Source: Camelus dromedarius (lineage: Eukaryota). From it: DNA of 64,000 nt. The translations under genes were made by a program, and so were the position numbers. Below, piece by piece: positions 48,364 to 61,220 of this stretch (its first letter is position 1; each line of letters opens with the position of its first letter). The stretch covers positions 9,114,001 through 9,178,000 of the forward strand of contig NC_087458.1 of assembly GCF_036321535.1 (NCBI RefSeq). Reading direction: 5' to 3'. The notes below the pieces were generated by a model. That model did no database searches. It had not been told where the DNA came from and worked only from the letters and a program-made list of their open reading frames with translations.

Positions 48364-50907
48364 GACTGGCTGTGGGCACAGACAATATCAGCTCCTTCCA
48401 CGTCCCAGGCACCAGCCTATCATTATCGACATTTGTAGGCTGCAAATTCATCACAAGAGAAGCTTTCCTGCCTTTAGATCTTTACTTCCTTCTAAATTAT
48501 GATTAGAAGCAAACGAAAAAATTTAAAAAAAATAATGATTAGAATCAAAACTTTTGAGTCAAAATGTACTTTAGGGAGTGTGTTTGTTTATTTATTTATT
48601 TATTTTCAAATTAAGCTGAAAACTTATCCAAAGTCACACAGAAGTGAAACAGGAGCTCCCTGACTCTCAATTTTATACTTTTCCAAGACATCACCACTGG
48701 ACGCAGGAGGATGACCATCATATCACTCTTTCACTATAAGCAAGACATTTTCATCTACTGCATATGGAAAGAAGGCAGGGGACTCAGTTGCTCATTCTCT
48801 AGGTGTAATTTGTATAAGTCACATGACCCCACTGATCTGTAAAATGGGTAGAATCCCCCCTTTTTTTTGACCTATCTAACAAGATTGTAAAGCTTGGATG
48901 AAACAAGACTTGAGCAAACACACAGGATTCATAGCAAATTTGATATGAATATTCACCAGCTTCTCAGAGAACAAAATTGAATGGATAATTTAAAAGGTAG
49001 TCATTCCCTTGATTCAATGCACTGTGTAGGGGACTTGATTACAAGTTTGAAAAAAAGTACATTCAAATCGTACTTTTGCCCCACTCTAGCGAAGTGAGCA
49101 TATTACATAAGCTTTTAGAATATTAGTTCTTTAATTTCTAAGGTGGATTCAGTATAATTATACCACTATTTGTGAACATCTAATGAGTCTGAGTTTAAAT
49201 TCACTAACTACTAAACATAAAATATATAAACAACAAGCTCCTTCTGTATAGCACAGGGAACGATATTCAATATTCCTAGAAGGACCCTAGCTGAACTGCA
49301 CAGTTACAATAATAGCTCTAGAAAATAAAAGGATGCAATGTAGCCTTAGACTGCAGCAACAGATACAGTCGTTCTCAGAGCAGATGCTTTATATTTGAAC
49401 CTGGAAATAAAAAACAGCTCATTTAATTTTTAAGACTAAGAATTAATTTTTTAAAAAGTGGGGGATATTGTCATAGAAACTATGTGTTCTTTCATTCTTC
49501 CTCTGTTTCCAACAGAAATATTAAAGTCCAGATGCAGTATCACCAGATGAATGAGCACAAAATACAGATACAAAGAAATAAGAGGAAAAGAAGGGAGTAT
49601 GATTGTATTTGATCTGTAAAACTCTCCCTATATACAATATGTATTATATATACATAAATATAGATTAAAGATATAATGGTTGTATTTTGAAAAATGGAAA
49701 AATTAATGTACAAGGAGTATGCTTCGCCAGAAGTCAAATGCAATGCAAATCTAATAGGGGGTCCAGGTTACAAGTCTCCAAGACTAGATCATCTTAGTCG
49801 CATCTTGTAGCTTCCAAGACCGTTCACAGTCTATCTGGCAGACACACGAGGAAGAGAGCAAGGTTCACATAGTTAGCAGCCTTCCCTCCAAAAGAAATTT
49901 CACAGCAAAAGGATCCCTGAGAAGGACATGCTGAGTATTCGACAGCCTTTTCACAGCCTGATGATACCTCGCGTTCGCCTAGCACTTTATAATATCACTA
50001 TATAATTTAATATAAAGAACGTTATTTCATTTGATCATCAAAATCAGGAAGTTAGTTAGGGCAAATGTCACACTGCCCACCTGTCCCGGAGATATTACAT
50101 ATTTAGCTCAAGGTCACACTCAAGGTAACTAATTGCTTAATGACTGAATTGAAATAAAATATCTACTTTTTTTTTTATTCCCTGCTGCTTTTTCTGTATG
50201 AGTAGGCAGAGGATGATCTATGAGTTGAGTAAGGTTTTTTTTTTTTTACTTCTTCTGAGCAATAAACTGTGCCTTTGTGAGACCGACACACTGCTGAATG
50301 CACGAAGAAAGAAGCTTTAAACTGTACCTTCGAAAACAGCTTTAAATGCACCCTGTCTGAGGAATAAAAGTTTAGGGAGTGAAGAATCAAGGTGGCAGGA
50401 TAACGGCCAAGATCCAGGTGAAGGTCCTGGCACTCTGGACCTCAAAGATACTAGCTAGCAGCAGCTCTGTTCCTTGTAGCCCACTATCAGCTCTCCACTG
50501 TGGACTTAGCTCATAGAATAACAGTATTTTTAGACCAGTAGGATTTTAATTCAACTTTCTTTTTTTCCCTTTTTTCGTATTGCAGAAGTGAATCCCAGAG
50601 TGCATAACTGTTGTTCTCAATGTCAGACAACTATGTAGTGGCAGAATAGCAATTTATTGATGACGTTTCAGCCCTCGGCAAACTTTAATACCTGATCTCA
50701 CACATCCCATTTGATTTAACTGGTTCTGTGGACCAATAGACCAAGCGTGAGAAGGACATTTCATCTTAAATTTTAGCTTGATTTGAACAGAATTCTAAAT
50801 GTTAGTGTGAGTCTTACAGTCATAAAATTTTTCAAAAGACTGTATTTCATAAGCTTTCACAATGGCTCACTGAATTAATTATACACAAACATACATGCTT
50901 AAAGAAA

Positions 50908-51049
50908 GAAGGGCTACATTCAGAAAACGAATATATGTACGTGTATGTATGACTGAGACATGACGCTGTACATTGGAAATCAACACATTGTAAACTGACT
51001 ATACCTCAGTAAATAAATAAACAAATAAATAATGAAAGGTTACATTCAG
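50908..51049 (+). mobile_element. About 110-bp 5'-truncated young L1 with 16-bp TSDs
   Basis: Terminus acattgtaaactgactatacctcagt plus (AAAT)n tail; TSDs gaagggctacattcag 50908-50923 and gaaaggttacattcag 51034-51049. Confidence 0.85.
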
Positions 51050-53249
51050 CTCAAGAAACACAGGATCTTAGAGCTGCAAGGAACCTGATAGGTCAAATGG
51101 TTTCACTTCTTGCTAATCTTGTGAACTTCCAGTGCATAAAATATTCATGTAACCTTTGCCTAATCCTCTCCAGGAAGAGAAAACAATATTTACAAATATC
51201 GCCATACTTAAAAAAAAAAAAATAAACCTCTGATTGGGACATACAGGGCTTTCTCCAGTGTAACAGAATGCTGCTACATTCGCGGGTTCTGCTTCTGTCT
51301 TCTGAAGCTTCAAAGAGTAAGTCCCATGATTTTGTCCAAGGATAGCGTTCACTCTTTGAACACAGCTGTCAGCTCCATGAAACCTCAACGCTCCCCCACC
51401 ACTGATCTATTACTCCTGCCTCACGCCCTCACGACTTTCTTTCTCTAGAGTAAAACATTCATTTTATCTCATATATATATACATACATACATACATATGT
51501 AAAATCTGGTTGTTAGTCCCCTTGAAGTTTGTGGTCATCCCCCTTAGATGATCCCAGTTTAACTGGGGCATTCGATGGGGAGCAATATCAGAATGCTGTG
51601 AGCAATATGCATGGAATTTAAGGCTTACTTTCATTCCGAAGACAGTCAATAGGAAGAGATTTATCCCACTGAGCCTTCCAACAAAGAGGACCACGATGCT
51701 CTGGTTCTGATTTCCCAGGGAGGGTGTAAATGGCTTCCTCAGTAGTCAATGGGCCATCAGTACAGTGACCGTGCTGGGAATGGAAAGGGATGTGCTCTGT
51801 AGTTTGCGGAGAAACAGATGCCTAAGACTAGAAGTGAGGGACAAGGGAGAAAACGTATGCGGTCAAAGCACTCCCAGAAATTGAGGCATTAAAAGTTGTC
51901 ATGCCAGCTCTGAGGAGATTGCTCTGGCCAAAATGAAGATCCCAGGAATCTCCAAAGTAGGACAAAGGTAGTGAGAGATGTGACAGAATAATCATTTGTG
52001 CTCAGCTTACTGACTCCTGCAGGGCGATGAGAAAAAGGTATAGACTGGTCAGAAGGGGACCTACCAGTCTTGGACCCTCAATGGCAAGACATTTTCTAAA
52101 GGGGATAAACAACTCCAAATCAGTTTAAAAAAGACGTAATTCTAGTTCATCTCCCTTTTTCCAGAAGCTCTTAGGAATAGATATGCTTAAGGTGTATAGG
52201 AATTGCAGTCCCCAAGTTTGTAACAGGACAGTATAATTGTCTGCCATGTAGTGACCCCTCTGCACCCCTCGGTCTCTGCTATGAGTTGATTTTGAAGATT
52301 CTAAGCAAAAAAGTCTCTATCATATTCCAGGTCCCATACATCCTCTATATCTTTTCAAAACCATGACATATTTTGAAATAATTTTCCATCTAGGTAGTTT
52401 TAGAAAAGTGGCTTAATTTCTATAGTTCTCATCTTGAATGCAATTAATCTTTGCAGTTTATTTCAGGATCCCAAATTGAGGATACATGTGACACATGATG
52501 AATTTTTTGAATAATCTGCACAAGGAACAAGGAATGTTACCTTCTTTCTCTCATGGTACTATGACGAGAAGTGAAATCTTTATCTTCTAAGGAGCTGCAA
52601 GTCATCAAAACTGCAACCACTGTCACATTTACCTGCCTCTGGTATATAAAAACAGACGTACATACTTACATACCTGGATTTCAGCCACCACTCTCCACGT
52701 ACACATTCAGTTGTGTACTCTCATACATTCATTCTCTTTTCTCTGCTTTCTCTCTTTCCATCTCTTGAGTCAGAGGACACCTAGACTCTGCACTTTGCAA
52801 AGCATAGAACTGGGCTGACGCATTAAACTGAGGAATCTTCAGGAAATAAGACCGCTGGGCAATGTTAGACAATCAGGCTTTTTCATCTAGAAGGGGTTCT
52901 TCAGTAGAGTCTTAAAATGACATGATAACCTATATTACACAATACCTCTGAATCCCTAACATTTTTCCTCTGGCTTAATCCACATGAAATCCTTGATAAA
53001 TTGAAATTAATCTATATATGTACTTAGTTTAGGGCCCAACTACACACTGTTGCTACACTACTAAACATAGGCTCAAAGAAGACGAGCTATTTTTAAAATC
53101 TGTAAAATGAAAGCTCCAAGAATCAATGATTTAAATAAAAGTGATTTTCACTTATTCCTTGCTTCCCTTCATAAAAATAATTAAAATCCGGCCAAATTTC
53201 CCTTTTGGAAATATCTGAGAGTCGTTTTTCAACTCACTATTTTCTCAGC

Positions 53250-53750
53250 AATGTAACTTACGACACTTTCTCCAACCTCATTCAGGCATGGCCAGCTTGT
53301 TCGGAGAAATGAGACGGAATCGTGTACCCGAGGAGCATCCCCCAGCCCAGGAGTGCTGCTGGCAAGTCTGGCTGTGTCTCTGCTCAGCTTGAAGAAAGTG
53401 CAGAATGGGTCTATTTGTGCTTCTTCCTGCTTCCAAGCTACTGAAAAAAACCAGCTCCTTTCCACCCACAGAAGACCTCGCAACAGGCATAGCCCTCAGG
53501 AGAGCATCTGGCCTTTCCAGGGCTCAATGGGATCTTTGGGAAATACTAAAGGAAGAGCTGGCAAGTTAAGTGGACTCTCCAGACACAAGAGAGACCTTAG
53601 CATGACTTGAAGGCTGCCTTTCTCTTGTGTGTGTGTCAATGCGTGCACGCTCTCGTGTGTGTGTCCCCTTCTCTTTCTGGGGAACGGTCTCACAAATAAT
53701 AAGATCCTCCGGGGGAAGACAGTGCTATAACCCAAATCGCTCAACATAAA
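53250..53750 (-). promoter_or_regulatory. Probable OR6Y1 5' non-coding exon and promoter region
   Basis: Minus-strand donor GTAAGT at 53261-53256; O/E-like sites (tcctccggggga near 53706-53717 beside TAATAA; ccctcaggaga); 5 kb upstream of the CDS. OR genes typically have 5' non-coding exons. Confidence 0.35.
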
Positions 53751-55719
53751 ATAAGAATGCTACTCCATTCTTACTTGGAGACACAAATATATGAACACAC
53801 ACACACATATACAAGCTCCACACACACTGGGATATTTTGCACACAAACATCAATTCTGTACATCAGCATGACTCTCATGCATCAGTAACTCAGTAGGTAT
53901 GAACAAATACTACATTCCTACAGTAGCCATATTTTCCAAGAGGAATAAGAACACGTGTATGTTTACTCTTATTATCCACAAACAGTTCACAGTCAGAAGC
54001 ATATAAAGGTGTTCAGAGAAGGTAGAAAATAGCATGAGTGTATAGAAGATACACTGGGATGAAAATTGAACAGTTATCCCTTCAGACGTATATGCTCTAC
54101 GTAGGTTACAATGTCTGCACACCAGGCATGGTTAGCCTGGCGTCAATAATGTCCAGAGTTTTCTGCAAAAGACAAATCAGTTTACAAAAACAGTCTGAAG
54201 ATACGACTTACTGCCAGATATTTACAGTGCATTCCTCGTTCTCCCAGTCCAGACGGCTTGTACTAATCAGGAGTAATCTGTCTCATAAGTAACGTTGCTG
54301 AGTGATATTTAGCAATCTTTCAGGAGACTAGAGCTGTAAAGCTAACCCAAGGCGAATCATTTCACAACGTATACGTATATCAAATCATCATATTGCACAC
54401 TCTAAGTATCTTGTAATTTTATTTTTAACGATACTTCAATAAACCTGGGAAAGAGGGAAGAAAGTTAATCTGAGGTCGAATTTGTCTACAAAGAGAAAAG
54501 ATTTTTCAATCCTTTACTCACACATGATTTATTTAATATTTACAACAATCATATGAGGTAGACAATATTACTTTCATTATGAGGGACATCTTAGTGGTAA
54601 AACCAGAATCAAACCAAATTTCTTGGCTCTCAGGGCAGAATTCTTAACTATAAGAATTCATGATTTCCATAACTCTATGAAAGGAAAAGAGAGTGTACTG
54701 AATGGAAGGTAAATTGAGCCAATCTCAAAGATTAAAGGGCTATTCTGAAACTTCATGAAAATAAAGCAACTTAAACATTTGTAAGTGTCAGGTTTTCTTT
54801 TAGGTTGTGTTATTTCAAGTGCTGGAAAGCCTAAAATAATTATTGGTCAATCAGTTTTCTTTAATAGACAATTTATCTTTGTTTTTTTCTCAAAGCCTCG
54901 TTCAGAATAGGCAAATGTGCACTGAGACACAATTTGTGTTTATGAGTATTTGTTCAATACTGTTTTTGTTGTTGTTCTTTCACATGTCCCACACCTAAAG
55001 AAACATTGAATTTGGTTTTAATGTGCAGAAATTAGGCTGGGATCAGAGTGTGAAATTTTTCTAAGTAATTCAAGCAAGTTTCCAAAAATAAAGAGAAGTT
55101 GGAAGAATGACTGTAACTCAGGCTTTGAACCTGAGACATCACAGATACCTGCATCTCACCACTCATCCCCTCATCTTGTCTCTTATTAAGACATTTTCTG
55201 TCCTTGTGGTCATTTGCCCCAGGGGCAAAATCGAAAATATTTGGCAACTGGTATAACTCAGGTAGCAACTAGTTGAAACAGAAGTTGACCATGATGCTGG
55301 AGAAGATTCTGAGGCCAACCTACATAAAAGTTTCCTAATGCGTTTGATCTATTACCTAATCAACACTCATTAGGTCAATCAGCTGTATAGCATCCTTAGA
55401 GAAGAATAAGGGAGATGCGGATAAATACTTAACCATATTAACTGGTGCACATACGGCTGAATACCAGCACTGCACTTTCCTCCATCTTTGACTTACAGTG
55501 GGTATGAGACTTGTTGCAGTAAGGAGGATTGATTGAGTGACATGAGATATAGTTTTTAGGGTATAATTGTACTTTTGTGATTCTCATAGAATGAGGATTT
55601 GAGAATTTGAATCCTTGAAACTGCTACAACAAAGCCTACATCACTTTATCTTAATATACGCACCAACATGTCCCTTTTCTTATATTTTCTCACTTGCAAA
55701 ATAATACGGTTGGCCTGGA

Positions 55720-55950
55720 GTAGGGAATCTCAAACTGGCTGTGAAACACGAATTCCTAAGAAGTTGAAACTTATGCATGGCAGGGTTGCAAACTAGACAT
55801 ACCCTATCAGATTCTCCATAGATTTTTCTGGGAATCTGTATTTTAACAAACCCCTAGGAGATTCTTATGTAACTAGCTTGTGTAAGATCAATGATTCACA
55901 AACTTTTGTTTGTATCAGGAAGTTCCCAGACACTGTTTAGAGAAATCGTG
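55720..55950. mobile_element. MER5-like hAT DNA transposon relic
   Basis: ctgggaatctgtattttaacaaacccctaggagattcttatg. Confidence 0.6.
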
Positions 55951-56053
55951 TACTAAATAATATTTTGTTCTTGTTAAACCTACTTTATGATTCCTTATAT
56001 GTCACTACTAAGATGCTGCTCCTTGCTTCCTTCTTGACGGGGTCTATGGTACA

Positions 56054-57007
56054 TCAATCTGGGACACTCCTGGGACAATGGCATCTAGCCAGCACTGTCT
56101 TCCTGAGGGCATCCTTCACCTCCTTGTTCCTCAGGCAGTAGATGGCTGGATTGAGGAATGGTACAATGACAGTATAGAGCACGGAGATGACCTTGTTGTG
56201 GTTGAAGGTGTACATGGCCCGGGGCCGTGCATAGGTAAAGAGCGTGGAAGAGTAGTAGATCACAACCACTGCCAGGTGAGAGGCGCACGTGGAGAAGGCT
56301 TTGTGGCGTCCCTGGGCAGTAGGAATCCTCAGGATGGCTGCAATTATGGCAGCATACGATGAAACCACAACTAACAGAGGGAGGAGAATCATCACCAGGG
56401 CCAAGAGGAAGTCTACCAGCTCTGCTTGTTCCTTGTCAGAGCAGGTGAGGTTAAGCAGTGGGGAAATATCACAGAAAAAGTGGTTGATGATGTTAGGTCC
56501 ACAGTAGGACAGTCGGGAAATGAAAAGAAGCTTCATCATGGAGCTGAAGAAGCCACTGCCCCAAGAGGATGCAGCAAGGCGAGTGGCCATGCTGGAAGGC
56601 ATGAGACTAGGATAACGAAGGGGTTCACAGATGGCCAGGTAGCGGTCATAGGCCATGACGGCTAACAGGACACATTCGGTGCAGGCTAAGGCAATGAAGA
56701 AATAGAGTTGAGTCATGCAACCTACAAAGGAGACTCTACTGTCCAGGATAAGAAATGCTCCCAAGAGTCGGGGAACTGTGACATTGATGTACCATAGCTC
56801 CAGGACGGAGAGATGGCCAAGGAAAAAGTACATTGGGCGATGAAGGCTTGGAGTGAGCCAGATGGTGGAAATGATGAGTGCATTCTCCAATAACGTCAAC
56901 AAATAAATTGCAAGGAAGAGGGCAAAGAGGAGCAGCTGGATGGGTGGAGAGGTAGGGAAGCCCACCAAAACAAACTCCGCTATGTGGTCTCCACTCAAAT
57001 TTCTCAT
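56054..57007 (-). CDS. OR6P1: Olfactory receptor 6P1, intact, 317 aa (start MRNLSG at 57007)
   Basis: MRNLSG, LHRPMYFFLGHLS, MAYDRYLAIC, SDKEQAELVDFLL, RPRAMYTFNHNK; strong acceptor (ttactttttcag) at 57030-57029 lies inside the longer ORF call. Confidence 0.92.
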   Translation of the reverse strand: MRNLSGDHIAEFVLVGFPTSPPIQLLLFALFLAIYLLTLLENALIISTIWLTPSLHRPMYFFLGHLSVLELWYINVTVPRLLGAFLILDSRVSFVGCMTQLYFFIALACTECVLLAVMAYDRYLAICEPLRYPSLMPSSMATRLAASSWGSGFFSSMMKLLFISRLSYCGPNIINHFFCDISPLLNLTCSDKEQAELVDFLLALVMILLPLLVVVSSYAAIIAAILRIPTAQGRHKAFSTCASHLAVVVIYYSSTLFTYARPRAMYTFNHNKVISVLYTVIVPFLNPAIYCLRNKEVKDALRKTVLARCHCPRSVPD

Positions 57008-57662
57008 CGTCTCCGACCAGTTGATTCCCTGAAAAAGTAACAAGAAGAGCGAGATGCTAAAAGACAGATGGATCAAATGCTGACATCCTCAGATTGCAAT
57101 CTTGTGAAGATGCTTAGTGGCATAATATCAATTACTGTTACATCATTTTGTTCCTTCACTTTGTTGTGTCATCTCTCACCTCAAGGGAAAAGCTCTCAGA
57201 CTTGAAGATCATACTCAATAACTTGGCCATTGTAACTACAGTGGGTATTTTATAAATGCTTGCTGAGTGGTTTCAGAACAAGTCTTAATATTTCGATTTT
57301 TGTTTCCTTATCTATGGAATGCTCTTCTTTCACTTTCCACAAACTCCTAAACTCCATAGAATCTTTACTCGGTATTTGTTGAGTGAATGGGTAAAAGAAG
57401 GAGTGATAGCAAGCTGGAGCCTGAGGACATACCTCTCAGAGGAAACTGAGTTTAGAAGAAGCAGTAGCTTAAAGATAGTACTTGAGCTATAGTGCAAAGT
57501 AGCATGGGAAGAGGGAGATTGATTTGGGAAGCATTTATTCACAGTTGGAGAAATAATTCAATATAGAAAAGAAAATGGAGCTCTGCTCCAGAAATTTTTC
57601 ACTCATTTTTATAAGCATTTTTGAGTACATTTTTGTGCTAGAATTAGGTTGTCCCATTCCCG

Positions 57663-58165
57663 TGAAGCAGATTGAAAAATGGGCCACAAAAGCTGTCCAC
57701 ATCCTAATTCCGGGAACCTGTAAATATTACATCTGTGACAAAGACTTTGAAGATGAAATTAAGTTAAGGGTATTGACATGGGGGATTATCCTGGATTATC
57801 CAGGTGGAATTTAAATGCAATTTCAAGGGTTCTTAGAAAAAGAAAAAGGAGCAGAGGGAAATTTGAAACAGACACACGGAGGAGAAGGCAATGTGAGGAT
57901 GGAACAGAGAGAGATTTGAAGACGCCAGTATGGAGACTGGATTGATTTGGCCACAAACCGAAGAACGCCAACAGCCACAAGAGGCTAAGGGAGGCAAAGA
58001 ATAAATCCTCCCCTACCGCCTCTGAGAGGAGTGCAGCTTTGTCAACACCTTGAATTTGGCCAAGTGATACTGATTTCAGACTTCTGGTCTCCAGAACTGT
58101 AGGAGAATAAATCTCTACTGTTTCCAGCCATCAAATTTGTGATAACTTGTTACAGAAAACCGATA
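57663..58165 (+). mobile_element. Near-complete MLT1 (MaLR) solo LTR
   Basis: gtccacatcctaattccgggaacctgtaaatattac...ggattatcctggattatccaggtgg...cagacttctggtctccagaactgtaggagaataaat...ttgtgataacttgttacag. Confidence 0.85.
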
Positions 58166-60379
58166 CTGTTGGCAAGGCATTCAAGTGGAAGAGGCAGTCA
58201 TATGCCCCCCAATCATCCTTCTGTGACTTCCCAGTCTCCTATCAATAGTGCCATTGGCCAGGCATCTCCAGAGGGCATCTGGCAAAATTATAAATCTGAT
58301 TTGAAATTGGATCACATGTTAGATATCACCAAGCATTTTCATTTTTGGTAGAACTTAGGCTCTTGTCTTCACACTTTTTTTTTTTACCCTTTCAGCAACT
58401 TAAAAATATATATATCAGCTTGCCTATTTTAAACTTGACATCTATTTTTTATCATACATTTAAATAGTTGCAAGGAATTTAATTTCCTCTACATTGTAAG
58501 TGTTGACGTTTTAAATGAAACTCTTAACATCACTCCTTTATATGTACAGTGAAATCTAAATGTTGATGCTATGATAACCCACTAATACTTATTTTAAAAA
58601 TTTGGTGATGCTTGTTTCTTTTAAAACGGAAATTTTATATTATTTTTCTTACTGAACTCATAATTCATGGTATTATATTTTTATAATTGCAAGCCTTTTA
58701 TTGATTTTTCCATCTCTATCTATCTACCTACCTATCTGCATAGGTTTTGTTTCTTTGTTTCCTGTACTCTTGGGGCTATAAATATTTTTTAAAAGATTTT
58801 CTTCTAGACATTGTTATTATAATTAGCATACATTTCACCAAAGCAACAGAAATATAATAATAAATTTTTAAAAATACATTAGATAACATTAAAAAATTTA
58901 TTAGAATATCATTTTGTAATAATGTTGAGTGTACTTTTTTCAATTCTTGTGTGCATTCATAAAGACTACTTATTACCATAATGAGAAAGCTTTCAGCATC
59001 AATTTCATTCTTACTTTTCATTTTGGAGATATAGACACTGAGGAAACTAGTTCATATAAATAAATGACATTGATATACCAAAGCTCAGGGAATGGAATTT
59101 GTTTTGTTATAGTAATAACACTAAATTATTTGAACTTTCTATTAGTTATATGCCAGAAATTACACGGCGATATATCATCAAAATGGCTTTTATTGATCTA
59201 TTAGCTGACAACTCAATTAGCTTCCATTTCAATTACGTTGAAAGAAAAAGATTGGAAACCACTGACTTGCAAAAGGATGTGTTAGCCAGTTTTCAGTCAT
59301 TCACTTTCTCAGCACCGACAGTGGTACTGTCTCTAACTTACACTCTGGGGCACTTCCACACAGTAAGATTCAGTTATGCCTTCCCTTGGAAGGGGCTAAA
59401 AAGTTTTGACAAGGAAAGTGGAAAAGGAGAAGAAGTACTTTCTCAAGCAGATCAGTTTTAAGAAGAGCCGGTAAGGGAGTTGAAGATCAGGGAATGAATC
59501 GTTTGGAACAATTCATACCTGAATCTTGGAAAGCCTTTTGCACCTTCCAGTGCACGTAAGCCCAGGTTTGGAAAACTGATTTAATGTATCAGGTACTTTT
59601 CTGAGAGAGAGTTTGGGGAGGAGGGTGGGGTGGTAAGGTTGGGGGCAGGAGAGGAAGGAAGCACAACATGCCTTGGGGCTAGGTAATTTCCTACAAGATA
59701 GGAAAACATTCAAAAAATGGTGGCTAGAAACCCACCATCTATGGTAAGGGAATTCTGATGCCTGAAGTAAACCGAGCAATAACAAAGTTTGAAGAGGGAA
59801 CCTGTCTTCATCCCTCTATTCTCAGTAGACAGAGCCGTGCTTAGAACACAGTAGAGACTCAAAAAATATTAGTGGAATGAATTTCAGTCTTGACTTGTAT
59901 AATTTTGAATAATTTACTTCCTTCAGATACTTGCTTTTTTTAAATCATACAAACTGAAAACAAACTAGAGTTCTTTCTACTTGCAGCACTGCTTGGAATT
60001 TGGTTGAAATTCCAACTTGGTCCAGGAACAGTCCTGAGGGACAGAGGAGAGAAATTGTTAGAAAATGGGGTGGAGAGAGAGAAGCACCCTGGGAAGCTCA
60101 TTGTCTGGTTCACAAGTTTTTTTGAAGCTAGTCTTGCTCTGCAGCCCATAAGCAGCTTAGCTAGCCTGCTGATTCCAATGCAAGCCTGTAAGTAGGGTTC
60201 CTTATGCCCAGCGGTGCCCCTGACCCCAACTCCTGCCCAGTCCTCAGTATCACTTCACATCATTATCTTCATAGGTTTTGAGCTCAGTTATTAAAAACAG
60301 AATACTATTTGTCATTCAGGCTGGACTGCTATTGCCAAAGACTTTCTTTTCTAGTCACAGCAACTCTGGCCCCTATTCC

Positions 60380-61220
60380 CTGCCAGATATTATCTCTCTC
60401 CATTTTCTAAACCCTGCTCCAAATCTGCCTTCCCTCCTCGCAGTACTCAGATCTCAGGTATCTCCAGATATATCAGGGAACACAGAGCACTGAACTCTTG
60501 TATTATTTGTTCCTTTTTTTTTTTTTTCCTGTTTGCTCTCACTTCTGGTCTACGTCTTTTCTCCTCTGTCAGTCCTAGAACAACAGTCCTCTTCTACAGG
60601 CACTTGAAGATGTTTGTGATATCAAGGTAGCATCCTACCGTCAGCCTAGCACAGGGCAGATGGGCCTAAAGTTTCAACATTCATACAGAGATAAGCTCTT
60701 TAATCACACCCTCCTCATTTCACAGCTTAAGTTCCAAAAAATAATTAATAAGGAAGATCGCAAGAACTTCTCCCATTGCACTTCGCTTTAGCGCCAAGAG
60801 CGGCGTTCTATCCACAGATCTTCTCAGGACTAAATGATACTGATGGTGTTGTACAATTTATCTTTGGCTTGCTCTCAAATGCTCCCTTTCATGGTCACTC
60901 TCCCTTCCATGTCTATCACCCATCACTCTTGTTTAACCCTCCAGTCACATCAAAGTTCTTTAAGACACCACTCTGGTTCCTGCCTCTGGTCTTTTGCACA
61001 TGATAAACATCATAAACATTAGTTCTCCTGTGAAGACTTTGCCCAGTGGCTCCCTTACACCTGCTGTTATGATTATGACTCTATTAACAGACCTAGGAGG
61101 TAATTATGTATTTACCAGGATTTTTCCTCCTCAAGAGTGGAAAAAAACAGTCATTTCTCTACCCTTACTAAGTGCTTTGCACATTAATAGGTAACCAGTA
61201 AGTATTTATTGAATGAGTTA
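60380..61220 (+). mobile_element. L2 fragments including a 3' end
   Basis: ctcaggtatctccagatatc...; gcacattaataggtaaccagtaagtatttattgaatgag. Confidence 0.5.

Noticed and set aside
57008-57076. N-terminal extension of the OR6P1 ORF (MIHLSFSISL...)
   Set aside because: It contains the splice acceptor; the known protein begins MRNLSG.
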